A DNA stretch of 64,000 bases from Anaerolineae bacterium (lineage in GTDB: Bacteria; Chloroflexota; Anaerolineae; Promineifilales; Promineifilaceae), in NCBI GenBank assembly GCA_023954475.1, contig JAMLHW010000019.1, positions 2,768 to 66,767 on the forward strand, given 5' to 3'. The translations under genes and the position numbers were made by a program. This document shows, piece after piece, positions 47,638-57,244 of this stretch. The first letter of the stretch is position 1; each line of letters opens with the position of its first letter. Below the pieces are notes generated by a model. That model was not told the DNA's origin, did no database searches, and saw nothing but the letters and a program-made list of their open reading frames with translations.

Positions 47638-48091
47638 CCAATTTTTGCAGCAATGTGAGCAGGGTCATCTGTTCAGCATCATCTAAATCGTCCGTGAGAT
47701 TGGCCTCAACCTGGCCTATACGCACGCGAGCTTGCTCCTGAAAAGCAATTCCGTCCTCTGTCAGGCGCACATTATGCTGGCGACGATCCTGTTCGGCACG
47801 CTCGCGCTGGATCAGGCCACGCCGCTCCAGCTTGCGCAATGGATCGACGAGTACGGATGGTGCTGTGCCTACCAGTTCTGCGATTTGACGCTGTGTTAAA
47901 TCAGGGTTGGCTGCGACGACCTCAAGGATGGCAAACTGGATTGGTGTGATATACAGGTCGGTAAACGCATCGTTGAAAAGTTGCGAGGTAATAAAGTATG
48001 CAAGGCGCAGATTGAAACCGATTTGGTCGGTAAGGATGCTGCGCGTCAATTCATCTGTATTTTGCGAGACTGGGATCATAAGATTACTCAT
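47615..48091 (-). CDS. MarR family transcriptional regulator
   Basis: 158 aa ORF with a wHTH region (LTQRQIAELVGTAPSVLVDPLRKLERRGLIQRE) typical of MarR. Confidence 0.85.
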   Translation of the reverse strand: MSNLMIPVSQNTDELTRSILTDQIGFNLRLAYFITSQLFNDAFTDLYITPIQFAILEVVAANPDLTQRQIAELVGTAPSVLVDPLRKLERRGLIQRERAEQDRRQHNVRLTEDGIAFQEQARVRIGQVEANLTDDLDDAEQMTLLTLLQKLVASHENT

Positions 48092-48117
48092 TTTAATTTA
48101 CATTTAGAACGATTCAT

Positions 48118-48146
48118 ATTATAAATTAGATTTGGATCGCTGTCAA
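48118..48146 (-). promoter_or_regulatory. consensus sigma70 promoter TTGACA-17-TATAAT for the marR operon
   Basis: The minus strand reads TTGACAgcgatccaaatctaattTATAAT, about 26 nt upstream of ATG 48091. The surrounding AT-rich region contains the inverted repeat TAATTTA...TAAATTA. Confidence 0.6.
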
Positions 48147-48263
48147 TAACTGCGGCCTGGCTTTTAATTGCAAACGGACCTCACAATCGTCTCAACTTGG
48201 CGCTGTTTCTGATTCACGTCATATTTTGTGGAGAGTCAGAATTGAGCAAAGCACTGGAGGAAT

Positions 48264-48470
48264 GTGAGCTGGAACGGGGTACGATTTTCGGTATACGCAC
48301 TGGTTCCAGCCGAATACGCCGATTTGACCTGGCAGAACTCCTTTCTCGCCAATTTACTTCCGGTAACAATCGGCAACATCATCGGCTGCGTGTTGATGGT
48401 TGGTCTCGTTTACTGGTTTATCTACCTATGGCCGAGCTGGACAAACCGCCGTTCGCCTGTGCAGACGTAA
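48264..48470 (+). pseudogene. 3'-terminal remnant of a formate/nitrite transporter (FNT) gene
   Basis: The 68 aa ORF ends LTWQNSFLANLLPVTIGNIIGCVLMVGLVYWFIY, matching the last TM region of FocA/NirC-type proteins. An in-frame stop lies just upstream and no N-terminal part is present. Confidence 0.6.
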
Positions 48471-48980
48471 TTACTGTCCAACCCAATCGATGGCGATACC
48501 TGCCGCCGTATCTAGTCGTTCGCACAACTCACCTGTGTGAGATTGCAGATGGCGCAAATTGTAGAACTGTAACTCCAGCTTGCTGAAAGGTAGCCAGTAA
48601 AAGCCGGATGATGGGCTGGCGAGGTCTAGCGTAGGAATAACCGAGTCAATTTGCTCGCGCAGCACGGCGATGTATTCGCGAATGTCCGCCTGACTATACG
48701 CTTCATCGATCGCAGGTGGTTCGTGTGGCGGCCAGGGCACGCTGCCCATAAACTGGTATTCAGGTCGCTGTTTGGCCCAGGGAACGAATGTCTCTTCTGA
48801 CTTTTGCAAATAGAGGTGGACGTAAAACAAGGCGTGGTAAGCGATATGCCAAAAGCGGTTGGTATATGTTGCATCATCCCACAGCGTGTCTGGACAGGCA
48901 TTGACGGCGCGTTCGAGCATGGTTAGGGCTGCGTGGAACTGGGTTTGAATTGCATTTGATAGATCCATTGATCTCTCCAT
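48471..48980 (-). CDS. DinB family protein
   Basis: 169 aa ORF with four-helix-bundle His pattern (FWHIAYHALFYVHLY, HLQSHTGEL). Confidence 0.75.
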   Translation of the reverse strand: MERSMDLSNAIQTQFHAALTMLERAVNACPDTLWDDATYTNRFWHIAYHALFYVHLYLQKSEETFVPWAKQRPEYQFMGSVPWPPHEPPAIDEAYSQADIREYIAVLREQIDSVIPTLDLASPSSGFYWLPFSKLELQFYNLRHLQSHTGELCERLDTAAGIAIDWVGQ

Positions 48981-49037
48981 CCGCGTATTTGATTCGGGAA
49001 GCGACCGGTTGCCAATTGTGCGGCGTCTGTAACGCTT

Positions 49038-49619
49038 TTACCATTGTCCGGCATAGCGCACGCCAAACGGTTGCGCGGCTTCCAGCGTGAGGGCGTAGTG
49101 CAGTTCGACGAGCTGGCGCATGTGCAGCAAGTCGTGGGCAACCCAGGCGGCGAGCATGTCACCGGCGCGAATGGTCCCACCCCAGGGGGCCGGGCCGGCG
49201 GCGTTCCAATCGGCCGATTTCAATGTTTGCAACCAGTCCAGCGAGCGTTCCCGTTCCGCAGTAAAGGCTGCCAGCGACTCGGCAAAATCGCGTTCATTGT
49301 ATTGACGCGTTGTCACCCAACCTTCCGGATCGATGGGTGGCCACGGATCCATCGGCCGATGGAGCAGAATATCCACTTTCACGCGAAAATCTTCGCGCTC
49401 CTCGTCGAGCAAATGGTTGACGACTTCCAGAATTGACCACGAATCGGGTGACGGTTTCCAGCGGGCGCTTTCGGCCGAAACAGATTGTGTCAGCGCTTTA
49501 ATCGTCTCCGCTTGTTGAGCCAATTGTGCGCAGAGTTGACTTGGATTCACGATTTTCCTCTTGGCATTCAGCCGTACAACGTCCACCGCATGCCGGTCGT
49601 CTTGCACAACGGATACCAA
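49038..49619 (-). CDS. DinB superfamily (DinB_2-like) protein
   Basis: 193 aa ORF with WSILEVVNHLLDEEREDF and AWVAHDLLHMRQL His motifs. Confidence 0.8.
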   Translation of the reverse strand: MVSVVQDDRHAVDVVRLNAKRKIVNPSQLCAQLAQQAETIKALTQSVSAESARWKPSPDSWSILEVVNHLLDEEREDFRVKVDILLHRPMDPWPPIDPEGWVTTRQYNERDFAESLAAFTAERERSLDWLQTLKSADWNAAGPAPWGGTIRAGDMLAAWVAHDLLHMRQLVELHYALTLEAAQPFGVRYAGQW

Positions 49620-49640
49620 TCTGAATTGACAAAAGTGCGG

Positions 49641-50285
49641 TTAACGGTAGCTGAACCGTTCCTCACGCCAGGGGTCGGCGTTGTTGTTGTAGCCCGCTTT
49701 TTCCCAGAAGCCAAGCTGGTCGTCGGCCCGAAATTCGAGACCGCGCAGCCATTTGCCACCTTTCCAGAAGTACGTGCTTTTTGCTTCGCTGCGGTCGGCA
49801 AAGGAGCCGACGACGACGCGCAAAGGATAGCCATGATCGGGCGTCAACGGTTTGCCGTCAAAATGGGTGGCGAGCAGCACGTTGTCTTCGAGCATGAAGT
49901 CGAGCGGCAGATTGGTGGTGAAGCCGTATTCGCAATGCTGGATGACGTATTTGGCGGATGGTAGCGGCTTGATGAAACCCTGATCGATCAAGGTTTTGAG
50001 TGAAACGCCCTGCCATTGGGTGTCGAATTTAGACCAGCGGGTGACGCAATGGATGTCCATGGTCACATCAGTGCGCGGCAGTTGATTGAACTGCTCCCAG
50101 TTCCAGGTAACTTCTTCGGCAACAGCGCCGAAAATGCGCAGGGTCCATGTGCTCAAGTCGGTACGCGGTACGGGGCCGTAATGCAATACGGGAAATTTGC
50201 GGGTCAGAGATTGACCGGGAGGCAGCCGGTTTTCGCTGCGGACCTGATTTTCTTCATCTTTTCGGCCGAAAACTCGATTGAGCAT
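49641..50285 (-). CDS. sulfite-oxidase-fold molybdopterin-binding oxidoreductase
   Basis: 214 aa ORF with LPPGQSLTRKFPVLHYGPVP, DIHCVTRWSKFDTQWQGV and HGYPLRVVV blocks. Confidence 0.8.
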   Translation of the reverse strand: MLNRVFGRKDEENQVRSENRLPPGQSLTRKFPVLHYGPVPRTDLSTWTLRIFGAVAEEVTWNWEQFNQLPRTDVTMDIHCVTRWSKFDTQWQGVSLKTLIDQGFIKPLPSAKYVIQHCEYGFTTNLPLDFMLEDNVLLATHFDGKPLTPDHGYPLRVVVGSFADRSEAKSTYFWKGGKWLRGLEFRADDQLGFWEKAGYNNNADPWREERFSYR

Positions 50286-50408
50286 AACTCACCTTCTCTT
50301 TTTGACGCGATATTCCACTACAGCATAGCAAGAAAAGCTGCCTCAAGGCAACTATTCGGCCGATTTTTCAACTTCTGTTTGGTTCTATCCGCGGGCAGAT
50401 AGTGCCCG

Positions 50409-51839
50409 CTATGAGTCGGGCGGAACATACCGGTAGATACGCATGGGATAGCTTCTGCCGGTTACGTGCACGTCAAATGAGTCGATCAGCCTGCCGTTTC
50501 GGCCGAACCATGCCTCAACCTCTGGAAACGCTTCAGCCACTGTCGCATCCACAGCCAGCCACACGGGGACCGGTGACTCAGGGAGTGCTGCCAGTTGCAG
50601 CGCCTGAATGGGGCCTGAAGGTCGATCCAGATAGTACGATGCGAGCTTGAAATCGCTGCTAAATATGTGATCGGTCGGCTGTGCCTGCTCTGCAATCACA
50701 GCCATACCGCTGCGCCAATCAGAGCGATTGCCGTGTTGTTCACGGAAGTAGAGCGCGTTGTCACTCATGGCCTGTACGACCGGCAGCGCGATTAACCCCA
50801 ACAACAGCAAACGTCGCTGTTTGTCTGTTTGCAGCGCCGTGGCCATACTGTCCAGCGCTGCGGCTGCCAGCACGATCCAACTGGTCAGGGTGATGAATGC
50901 GTACCGGTTGGCTACGTAGTGAAATGGTGTCAGCAGGGTCAAGAGCAGAACGGGCATGAAGGCAATGAGTGACAACCACAGCGCAATCGGCCGCTGCGTG
51001 ACAATCCCATGCGCACTCCCAACCAGTGCCAGCACCACAATCGGCACATTCAAGTAGAAGGCGACGCTGGCGGCGAAGCGAAACGGTGTGTTGTTGGCAA
51101 AGCCGAATCCTTCCATCCAATCACTCAGATTGCTGACGTAAGGCCAGGCAAAAAGGAGCGCGACACCGAGCAGTGGCAAGAGCAGCAACAGCCGCAAATC
51201 CGTACGCAGTGACAGGTTTCGGTTTTCGCCGACCCAGTGCATCACAACGTAGAGCAAAACGCATGGAATCAGCAGCAGTGCCAGTAGGCTTTCGCGTGTT
51301 GCAAGCGCAAGAAAAAGGGCTGAAAGGAGCAAAAATCCGTTACTTTTCTCTTCGTAACCAATATGGAAGCAAACCCAGGCAAGGGTGAAGAAGAGCAGCA
51401 GCAACGTATAGAAACGCGCATTTTGTGACCAAAAAAGGTGCCACGGCGATACAGCTAACAAAAGCGCTGACAGCAATGCGATGCGGGGCGTCAGTAAACG
51501 GCGAATCGCCATGTAAAATACGGGAATCGTCAGGGCACCGATCAGGGCAGGGAAAAACCGGGCATTGGCTTCAGTGATGCCCTTGTGTGCTACCCATGCT
51601 TGCACAAGCGTTGAGGCGAGTGATTGTCGCAGCCAATTGTAGTTGAACCCGTCTTCAAGCCCACTTACGGTAAACCATTCGTCACTCCAGAAGCTCCACG
51701 CACCGATCTGATAGAAACGCAGCGCGGCTGCCAGCAAGGTGATGAGTGTCAGCGCCAGAATCTGGTGGCGTTCACGTGCCCAGAAATCATGCAGCGAGAT
51801 GGTAGTTGAAGATGGGGCTGCAGTGTTGCTACGATTCAT
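50409..51839 (-). CDS. GT39/ArnT-like (PMT_2) GT-C glycosyltransferase
   Basis: Polytopic ORF with FWSDEWFT (first-loop DE motif) and SPWHLFWSQNARFY. ATG 51839 (MNRSN) is preferred over the track start and overlaps the upstream stop by 11 nt. Confidence 0.75.
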   Translation of the reverse strand: MNRSNTAAPSSTTISLHDFWARERHQILALTLITLLAAALRFYQIGAWSFWSDEWFTVSGLEDGFNYNWLRQSLASTLVQAWVAHKGITEANARFFPALIGALTIPVFYMAIRRLLTPRIALLSALLLAVSPWHLFWSQNARFYTLLLLFFTLAWVCFHIGYEEKSNGFLLLSALFLALATRESLLALLLIPCVLLYVVMHWVGENRNLSLRTDLRLLLLLPLLGVALLFAWPYVSNLSDWMEGFGFANNTPFRFAASVAFYLNVPIVVLALVGSAHGIVTQRPIALWLSLIAFMPVLLLTLLTPFHYVANRYAFITLTSWIVLAAAALDSMATALQTDKQRRLLLLGLIALPVVQAMSDNALYFREQHGNRSDWRSGMAVIAEQAQPTDHIFSSDFKLASYYLDRPSGPIQALQLAALPESPVPVWLAVDATVAEAFPEVEAWFGRNGRLIDSFDVHVTGRSYPMRIYRYVPPDS

Positions 51840-53094
51840 GGGTTGGCTCCGCTTCGGCCGAAACGCAGCGCCATTGATGGGGTGGCCATAAAATGCTTTT
51901 ACTATTCCCGCCGTAGACGCGTAGCGGATAGACGTGCCAATGGTAGTCGAATGCATGTGACCAATTGCGTTCGTAGATGCCGACATCGAAAAAGTATGTG
52001 CCGTCGCTGAGATCGAGGCGCTCAAAGTCGATGACGACCTGGCCTGTGCCGGTTATGCGCTCGAAACCGAGTGCGCTACCGGCGATGCTTTCGTCGTAGT
52101 AAATCTCACCGCTTTCATCAGTGATAGTCAGGCCGAAGATGGGATCGGGAATCGGCCGATTTGCCCGGTAAGTCAGCGCAATGCGTACCGGATCGCCGCT
52201 GTTGATACTGGTAATCGGCCGATTCAGTCCGTCCAGCAGTTGTACCTGCTCAAGCGCGAGTTCAAGCGAGCCAAAGCGATTTTCCATCACCTTCAGGTGG
52301 GTACCCGATGGCGTCACAATGGTCGGATAATTGGCAGGTGTGCGCATTTTCGACTCGGTCAACATATCCGCCGTGTATTCAGTCGTGATCACCTGCGCCG
52401 GTCCACGCCCCATGATCTGACCGCGATGCAGCCAGATGACCTCATCGCATAACTCGCGCACCAGCGACAAATCGTGCGTCACCAGCAGAATGGCGCAACC
52501 GTTCGCCTGAAACTGCGCGATGCGATCCAGACATTTTTGCTGAAAAGCAACGTCCCCAACAGCCAATACTTCATCGACGAGCAAAATGTCAGGTTCAATA
52601 TGAACGGCAACTGAAAAAGCAAGTCGCATCTGCATCCCTGTGCTGTAAGTGCGTAGCGGACTGTCGATAAATGCTTCCAATTCAGCGAATGCGACAATAT
52701 CGTCAAAGCGTTCGCGCACATCAGCACGCGTCAAACCGGATATGATGCCACTGACAAAGACATTTTCGCGACCCGTCAATTCAGGATGAAAACCGGTACC
52801 CAATTCAAGCAAGGCACCAATACGGCCTGAAGCGTGCACTGTCCCTTCATCCGGTCGGCCGACACCGCCAACCAGTCGCAGCAGCGTCGATTTGCCGGCT
52901 CCGTTTGAGCCAATGACACCGACCATGCGACCCGGCGCAATCGAGAAAGAAACATCGCGCAATGCCCAAAAACGATCAGTTGGGTGCAACCGTCGGAATC
53001 CCTTGGCCAGGGTTTCAATAAACGTATGCGGCCGATCGGGATGAAATTGACGGTACTGCTTGCCTAGTTGGTTGACGACTATGGCGGCGTCCAT
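51829..53094 (-). CDS. polysaccharide ABC exporter ATP-binding protein (Wzt/TagH-like) with about 175 aa C-terminal Wzt_C-like domain
   Basis: Walker A GSNGAGKST, signature YSTGMQMRLAF, Walker B LLVDEVLAVGD, and a beta-rich C-terminal extension. Confidence 0.88.
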   Translation of the reverse strand: MDAAIVVNQLGKQYRQFHPDRPHTFIETLAKGFRRLHPTDRFWALRDVSFSIAPGRMVGVIGSNGAGKSTLLRLVGGVGRPDEGTVHASGRIGALLELGTGFHPELTGRENVFVSGIISGLTRADVRERFDDIVAFAELEAFIDSPLRTYSTGMQMRLAFSVAVHIEPDILLVDEVLAVGDVAFQQKCLDRIAQFQANGCAILLVTHDLSLVRELCDEVIWLHRGQIMGRGPAQVITTEYTADMLTESKMRTPANYPTIVTPSGTHLKVMENRFGSLELALEQVQLLDGLNRPITSINSGDPVRIALTYRANRPIPDPIFGLTITDESGEIYYDESIAGSALGFERITGTGQVVIDFERLDLSDGTYFFDVGIYERNWSHAFDYHWHVYPLRVYGGNSKSILWPPHQWRCVSAEAEPTHES

Positions 53095-53898
53095 CTACAG
53101 TTCCTCGACAAAGACGTAACTCATATGCATAAAAAAGCGATGGCTGAAGTACAGCAGCACCGTTGACAAGAACGCGAGCAGTGTCAATAGCGGTACATTG
53201 GGCAGTTCGCCGCGCAGGAAGATAGCGCGGTACCCATCGAGCAGGGGTACCAGTGGATTGAGTGCGTAAAGTGGTCGCAATTGTGCCGGCACCATGGCGA
53301 TATCGTAGAAAACTGGGCTGAGGTAGAAGAGCAGTAAGACAATCACACCTACCAGATGGGCAATGTCGCGGAACTGAACATGCAACGCGGCTGTGATGTA
53401 TGCAATACTCAATGTAAACAAGAACTGAATCGCGATCAACACAGGTAGCAATAACACGGTCGCCGTCAGCGGGACATCGGTGATGAGCATGAAGACGATC
53501 AATACAGGTAACGCCAAAAGGAAATGAACCAAATTGGACGTGATAGAAACGATGGGCAAAATCCCGGGCGGAAAGCCCGGCCGTTTGATAAGGGCGCGGC
53601 CATCGACAATGGTGACGGTCGCCGATGTCCACGACGTCTGAAACCATGTCCACGGCAGCAGTGCGCAGAACATAAACAGGGCGTAATTGGGAATATCCAG
53701 CGGCAATATCCACGTGAAAATAATGGTGAAGACGACAAGTTGGGCCAGCGGATTGAGTAGTGACCACACGATGCCCAAAAGCGACCCTTTGTAGCGCAGC
53801 TTCATGTCGCGCCGTACCAATTCCCAAATCAGGTCGCGCATGTAGATGAGTTTGCGGCGGTTGATTTGCCGCAATGCGGGTTGTCGAATCTGTGTCAT
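53095..53898 (-). CDS. ABC-2 type polysaccharide exporter permease (Wzm/TagG-like)
   Basis: 267 aa, 6-TM ORF with the N-terminus ELVRRDMKLRYKGSLLGIVWSLLNP typical of ABC-2 permeases. It directly abuts the ATPase gene. Confidence 0.85.
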   Translation of the reverse strand: MTQIRQPALRQINRRKLIYMRDLIWELVRRDMKLRYKGSLLGIVWSLLNPLAQLVVFTIIFTWILPLDIPNYALFMFCALLPWTWFQTSWTSATVTIVDGRALIKRPGFPPGILPIVSITSNLVHFLLALPVLIVFMLITDVPLTATVLLLPVLIAIQFLFTLSIAYITAALHVQFRDIAHLVGVIVLLLFYLSPVFYDIAMVPAQLRPLYALNPLVPLLDGYRAIFLRGELPNVPLLTLLAFLSTVLLYFSHRFFMHMSYVFVEEL

Positions 53899-53910
53899 GC
53901 TGTATTCAGC

Positions 53911-55674
53911 TTACCTGGTTTCTGCTAACTGCTCCACGATAGCCGGCGGCGCGTTGATCGTGACCGGTGTGTCCGGCAAGACGACTGTGTGATAGTCTTG
54001 ACCGGCAGGTCTGTTCGCATCGAGAATATCGACAGCAGCGCCACTTTCGGTGCGGACGATTTGGAACGCGTAATCGATCTGTGTAAACGGCGGTACCATT
54101 AATTCGAGTTCGAAAAGACTTTCGGCCGATTGCAGCGGCGTATAAGCAACGACACCATCCAGTGTGGTGTCGAGGGGCAGCCACTCTTCCGGTGGTAATT
54201 GCCACCCATTGATGCCCCAGATAAAGATAACGGCAGCCGCGCCGGGCGCATGATAGCTGATTTTTTGCACAATTGGATCAGTACTCATCGTCTCGGAAAG
54301 CGTCAGGTCGGCAAACTCACTAATCCCGGCCGCGTGCAGCATGCGGATTTTGGCTTCAACTTGCGGCGGTTCCCACCAGTGGATCAGGAATTCCTGATGG
54401 CGTTCCGCGATAATGTTGACGGGTGTTCCTGCCGCAATGTCGTTTTCAATAGCCAGCATACCATCGCGATACCAGTCGCCCCAGCGCAATCCCAATAAAT
54501 GATTAGGCACTAATGCAGCCGCAATGATTACGGCCATCACGGTCGGTATCCACATCTGCCACCGCAATCGGCCGAAAATCAGCCAGCAAAAATAGACGGC
54601 ACAAAGAGTCAGCGCAGACAACAGCACATAGCGCAGAGGCCAGAAGTTGTCGCGTTGAATATGAGCCGCACGCCCATACCCCATGGCAACAGTGAACAAG
54701 GCCATATTGCTGAGAAATACGAGTATGCCGATTGCTTGATGGCGATTTGGCTCGTTTAGTCGCCGCAGTTGTAGAAGCAGCAAGCCAAACGTGAGTGCCA
54801 CCAGCCCAGCTGATACGATGAAAGCGACTGCCCACCCTGGGATGGCTGCCGGCCCCCAGCCGAGCACCAGAAACTGCATTGCCGCCACGATGGATGGCAG
54901 GAGACCAGGATTGGGCGGATTCCAGGGTGGATGCACATAACCGACAAAATACAGTAACGTCACCATGCCGGCGGTTACAGACGCACCCCACAGCAATCCG
55001 ATTGTCAGCGCTGATCCCTTTTTCCGCCATTGGCGCCAGCCGCAAACTGCGTTCCAGATTGCCAACAACGGCACGAACAACAGTCCTGTTGCGCCGGTAA
55101 GCGGTAGCAAGAGCAGGATCACTCCCGCCGCCAACGCAACAATCGGCCGATCCATTGCAGGACGCAGCACAAGGATCAACAAATATACAGCCACCAACTC
55201 AATCGAAACGACGAAGCTGAGCTGCCATGTCCAGAATAAATTTTCCCAGTTGCCGGCATGGAGGATCAAGAGAGGGAAAAAGACATCGGCAATGTGACTG
55301 TAACCGCGAATGCGCCGGGCTGCCAACATCATCGCAGCGGCGAGTAATGCCAGCGTGGCAATATTGAAGAGCATGCCTGACCGAAAATCACCGTGTGATA
55401 TTGCGAGCAGCGCCAACATAATCAAGCGCGGCAGGGGCACACGATGTTCGTTGTTTTGCGACCACAGCCATTGCCAAAAGTTTGGTTCGTTGCCGGTAAA
55501 CGGAGCGACTAATTGCCAATCTTCGGCCAGTGGGATGTTTCGGCCGAAACGCAGAAACAACACCAGCGCCGTCAGCAGCATGATTGCCCACACACCCCAT
55601 ACGACCCAGGCGTGCCAGCCCGGCACCGATTGACGGGCTACTTGTCGCTCATTGAGCGCAGCAGAACTATTCAT
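53911..55674 (-). CDS. uncharacterised polytopic membrane protein with extracytoplasmic C-terminal domain (possible GT-C-type enzyme)
   Basis: About 587 aa with more than 10 hydrophobic helices, the loop WSQNNEHRVPLPRL, and a C-terminal soluble part of about 130 aa. ATG 55674 overlaps the upstream stop. Confidence 0.5.
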   Translation of the reverse strand: MNSSAALNERQVARQSVPGWHAWVVWGVWAIMLLTALVLFLRFGRNIPLAEDWQLVAPFTGNEPNFWQWLWSQNNEHRVPLPRLIMLALLAISHGDFRSGMLFNIATLALLAAAMMLAARRIRGYSHIADVFFPLLILHAGNWENLFWTWQLSFVVSIELVAVYLLILVLRPAMDRPIVALAAGVILLLLPLTGATGLLFVPLLAIWNAVCGWRQWRKKGSALTIGLLWGASVTAGMVTLLYFVGYVHPPWNPPNPGLLPSIVAAMQFLVLGWGPAAIPGWAVAFIVSAGLVALTFGLLLLQLRRLNEPNRHQAIGILVFLSNMALFTVAMGYGRAAHIQRDNFWPLRYVLLSALTLCAVYFCWLIFGRLRWQMWIPTVMAVIIAAALVPNHLLGLRWGDWYRDGMLAIENDIAAGTPVNIIAERHQEFLIHWWEPPQVEAKIRMLHAAGISEFADLTLSETMSTDPIVQKISYHAPGAAAVIFIWGINGWQLPPEEWLPLDTTLDGVVAYTPLQSAESLFELELMVPPFTQIDYAFQIVRTESGAAVDILDANRPAGQDYHTVVLPDTPVTINAPPAIVEQLAETR

Positions 55675-57244
55675 GCCCAGACAACTCCCGTGGCGGCAGC
55701 AGGCGCGTTCCAAACCGCGTCTCTATGCACAGGTGGCGCAACACATGCCAATAGCCGCCGCCTACCTGTGCCAGCTTGAATGATGACAAGCCCATATCAG
55801 GTGTGCGGTTGATCCATGAGATCGGCACCTCTTTGACCCGGAATCCCATGAAGAGTGGGTACAGACCGGTCTCTGCATTGATTGAGAATCCCGGTTGTGA
55901 CAGCGGTAGTTGTGCCAGCACCTCGCGCCGCATCAATTTGAGATTGTTGGTCAGGTCGCGGAATTTACGGCGCAATAAAAGTTGCGCCAGAATGTGAAAA
56001 CTGCGATTGGCGAAAATTTTGCCGAAGGGATAGTTGAGCAAAACGCTGTGCCGCGAAAATCGACTGCCGACAACGACATCGTATCCGGCTGCCGCCGCAT
56101 CAAACAAATCGCGAATTTCAGGCAGCAAATGCTGAAAATCGCAATCCATTGACAGCACATACTGGCCGGTTGCCACTCTGTAACCGTCCATCAGCGCCAG
56201 GCCAACGCCGTTGGGTGGCCGACGATATACAGGTTTGATTCTGGTGTCAGTCGCGGCCAATTGACGGATTTTAGTCGCCGTCTGATCGCGACTGTTGTCG
56301 TCAACGAGAACAATTTCGTGAATGTAATCGTCATATAGTGAGCGTATTTGATTGACGAGCGGTTCCAGATTCATTTCTTCGTTGTGGCAAGGCACAACAA
56401 ATGAAACAGAGCGGTGCAGCACGCTGTGCTCACACAGTGAAACGGGTGGCTGTTCACGTATTCCCGGCGGTTTTTGGGCGTGAATCAGGATAGACCCGGC
56501 CAGGCTGCGCACGACAGGTGCATTTTCCAGCAGGATGGACAGATTGCGCAGTAGCCAGACCAGGGGCCGGTTGAGCGGTGCGTAGACGAAGTCGTTGTAG
56601 ACGGCAAAGAGCCGGATGAAGCCTACTTCTGAGATGAGTTCATACAGTCGTGTACGGTTGAGGAGGTTGCGCGGGTCTTTTCGGCCGAAAAGACGTGCTA
56701 CAGAACGCTTCACCTTGAGAACAACATTCCACGGGTTGCTCTCATAGAAAATGACCTGACCACCCGGCGCCAACAACGTGTAAACCTGCTGCAAAAACCA
56801 CGCCGAATTACTCTGGTCGAGCAAATCCATGGCGATAATCGTGTCAAATTGATGGCCTTCCAGCACACCAGGGAGTGCCGTCAGCGTCAGTCGCGTGACA
56901 TTGGCGGCCAGTTGTGGCGGCGCAGGCGTATCGGGTTGGAAAGTGACGGCCGTAATCGGGTTTTCGCCCCGTGTGATATGCTGCAACTGCTCTGTAAACA
57001 AGCCGCTTCCGGCACCCAATTCCAGTATCGATGCGCCGGGCAACAAATGCACCATTTGGCGGAAAGATTGCGCACGCCAGAGTAAACGATCAGCGAAAAT
57101 CGGATCTTTCTTGCGCCAATATTCGTCGCGGAACTGTTCACGAATGCCCAGTGTGTGAATGGTCTCTGCCATTTTGGCGTCTGCATAGGCCGTTTCTGTT
57201 GCCGTTGTGCCGTGCAATTCGTGGATGGTCGGTCTCCTGCTCAT
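55667..57244 (-). CDS. fusion of class I SAM-dependent methyltransferase (N) and GT2 glycosyltransferase (C)
   Basis: [15 protein letters not shown] (SAM motif I), then [18 protein letters not shown]...[11 protein letters not shown] (GT2, DPM1-like). Confidence 0.8.
   Translation of the reverse strand: MSRRPTIHELHGTTATETAYADAKMAETIHTLGIREQFRDEYWRKKDPIFADRLLWRAQSFRQMVHLLPGASILELGAGSGLFTEQLQHITRGENPITAVTFQPDTPAPPQLAANVTRLTLTALPGVLEGHQFDTIIAMDLLDQSNSAWFLQQVYTLLAPGGQVIFYESNPWNVVLKVKRSVARLFGRKDPRNLLNRTRLYELISEVGFIRLFAVYNDFVYAPLNRPLVWLLRNLSILLENAPVVRSLAGSILIHAQKPPGIREQPPVSLCEHSVLHRSVSFVVPCHNEEMNLEPLVNQIRSLYDDYIHEIVLVDDNSRDQTATKIRQLAATDTRIKPVYRRPPNGVGLALMDGYRVATGQYVLSMDCDFQHLLPEIRDLFDAAAAGYDVVVGSRFSRHSVLLNYPFGKIFANRSFHILAQLLLRRKFRDLTNNLKLMRREVLAQLPLSQPGFSINAETGLYPLFMGFRVKEVPISWINRTPDMGLSSFKLAQVGGGYWHVLRHLCIETRFGTRLLPPRELSGHE

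Noticed and set aside
53015-53827. 270-aa minus-strand ORF overlapping the ABC-2 permease in another frame.
   Set aside because: It is Arg/His/Cys-rich nonsense. The alternative frame (53095-53898) encodes a clean 6-TM Wzm-like permease that abuts the ATPase gene.
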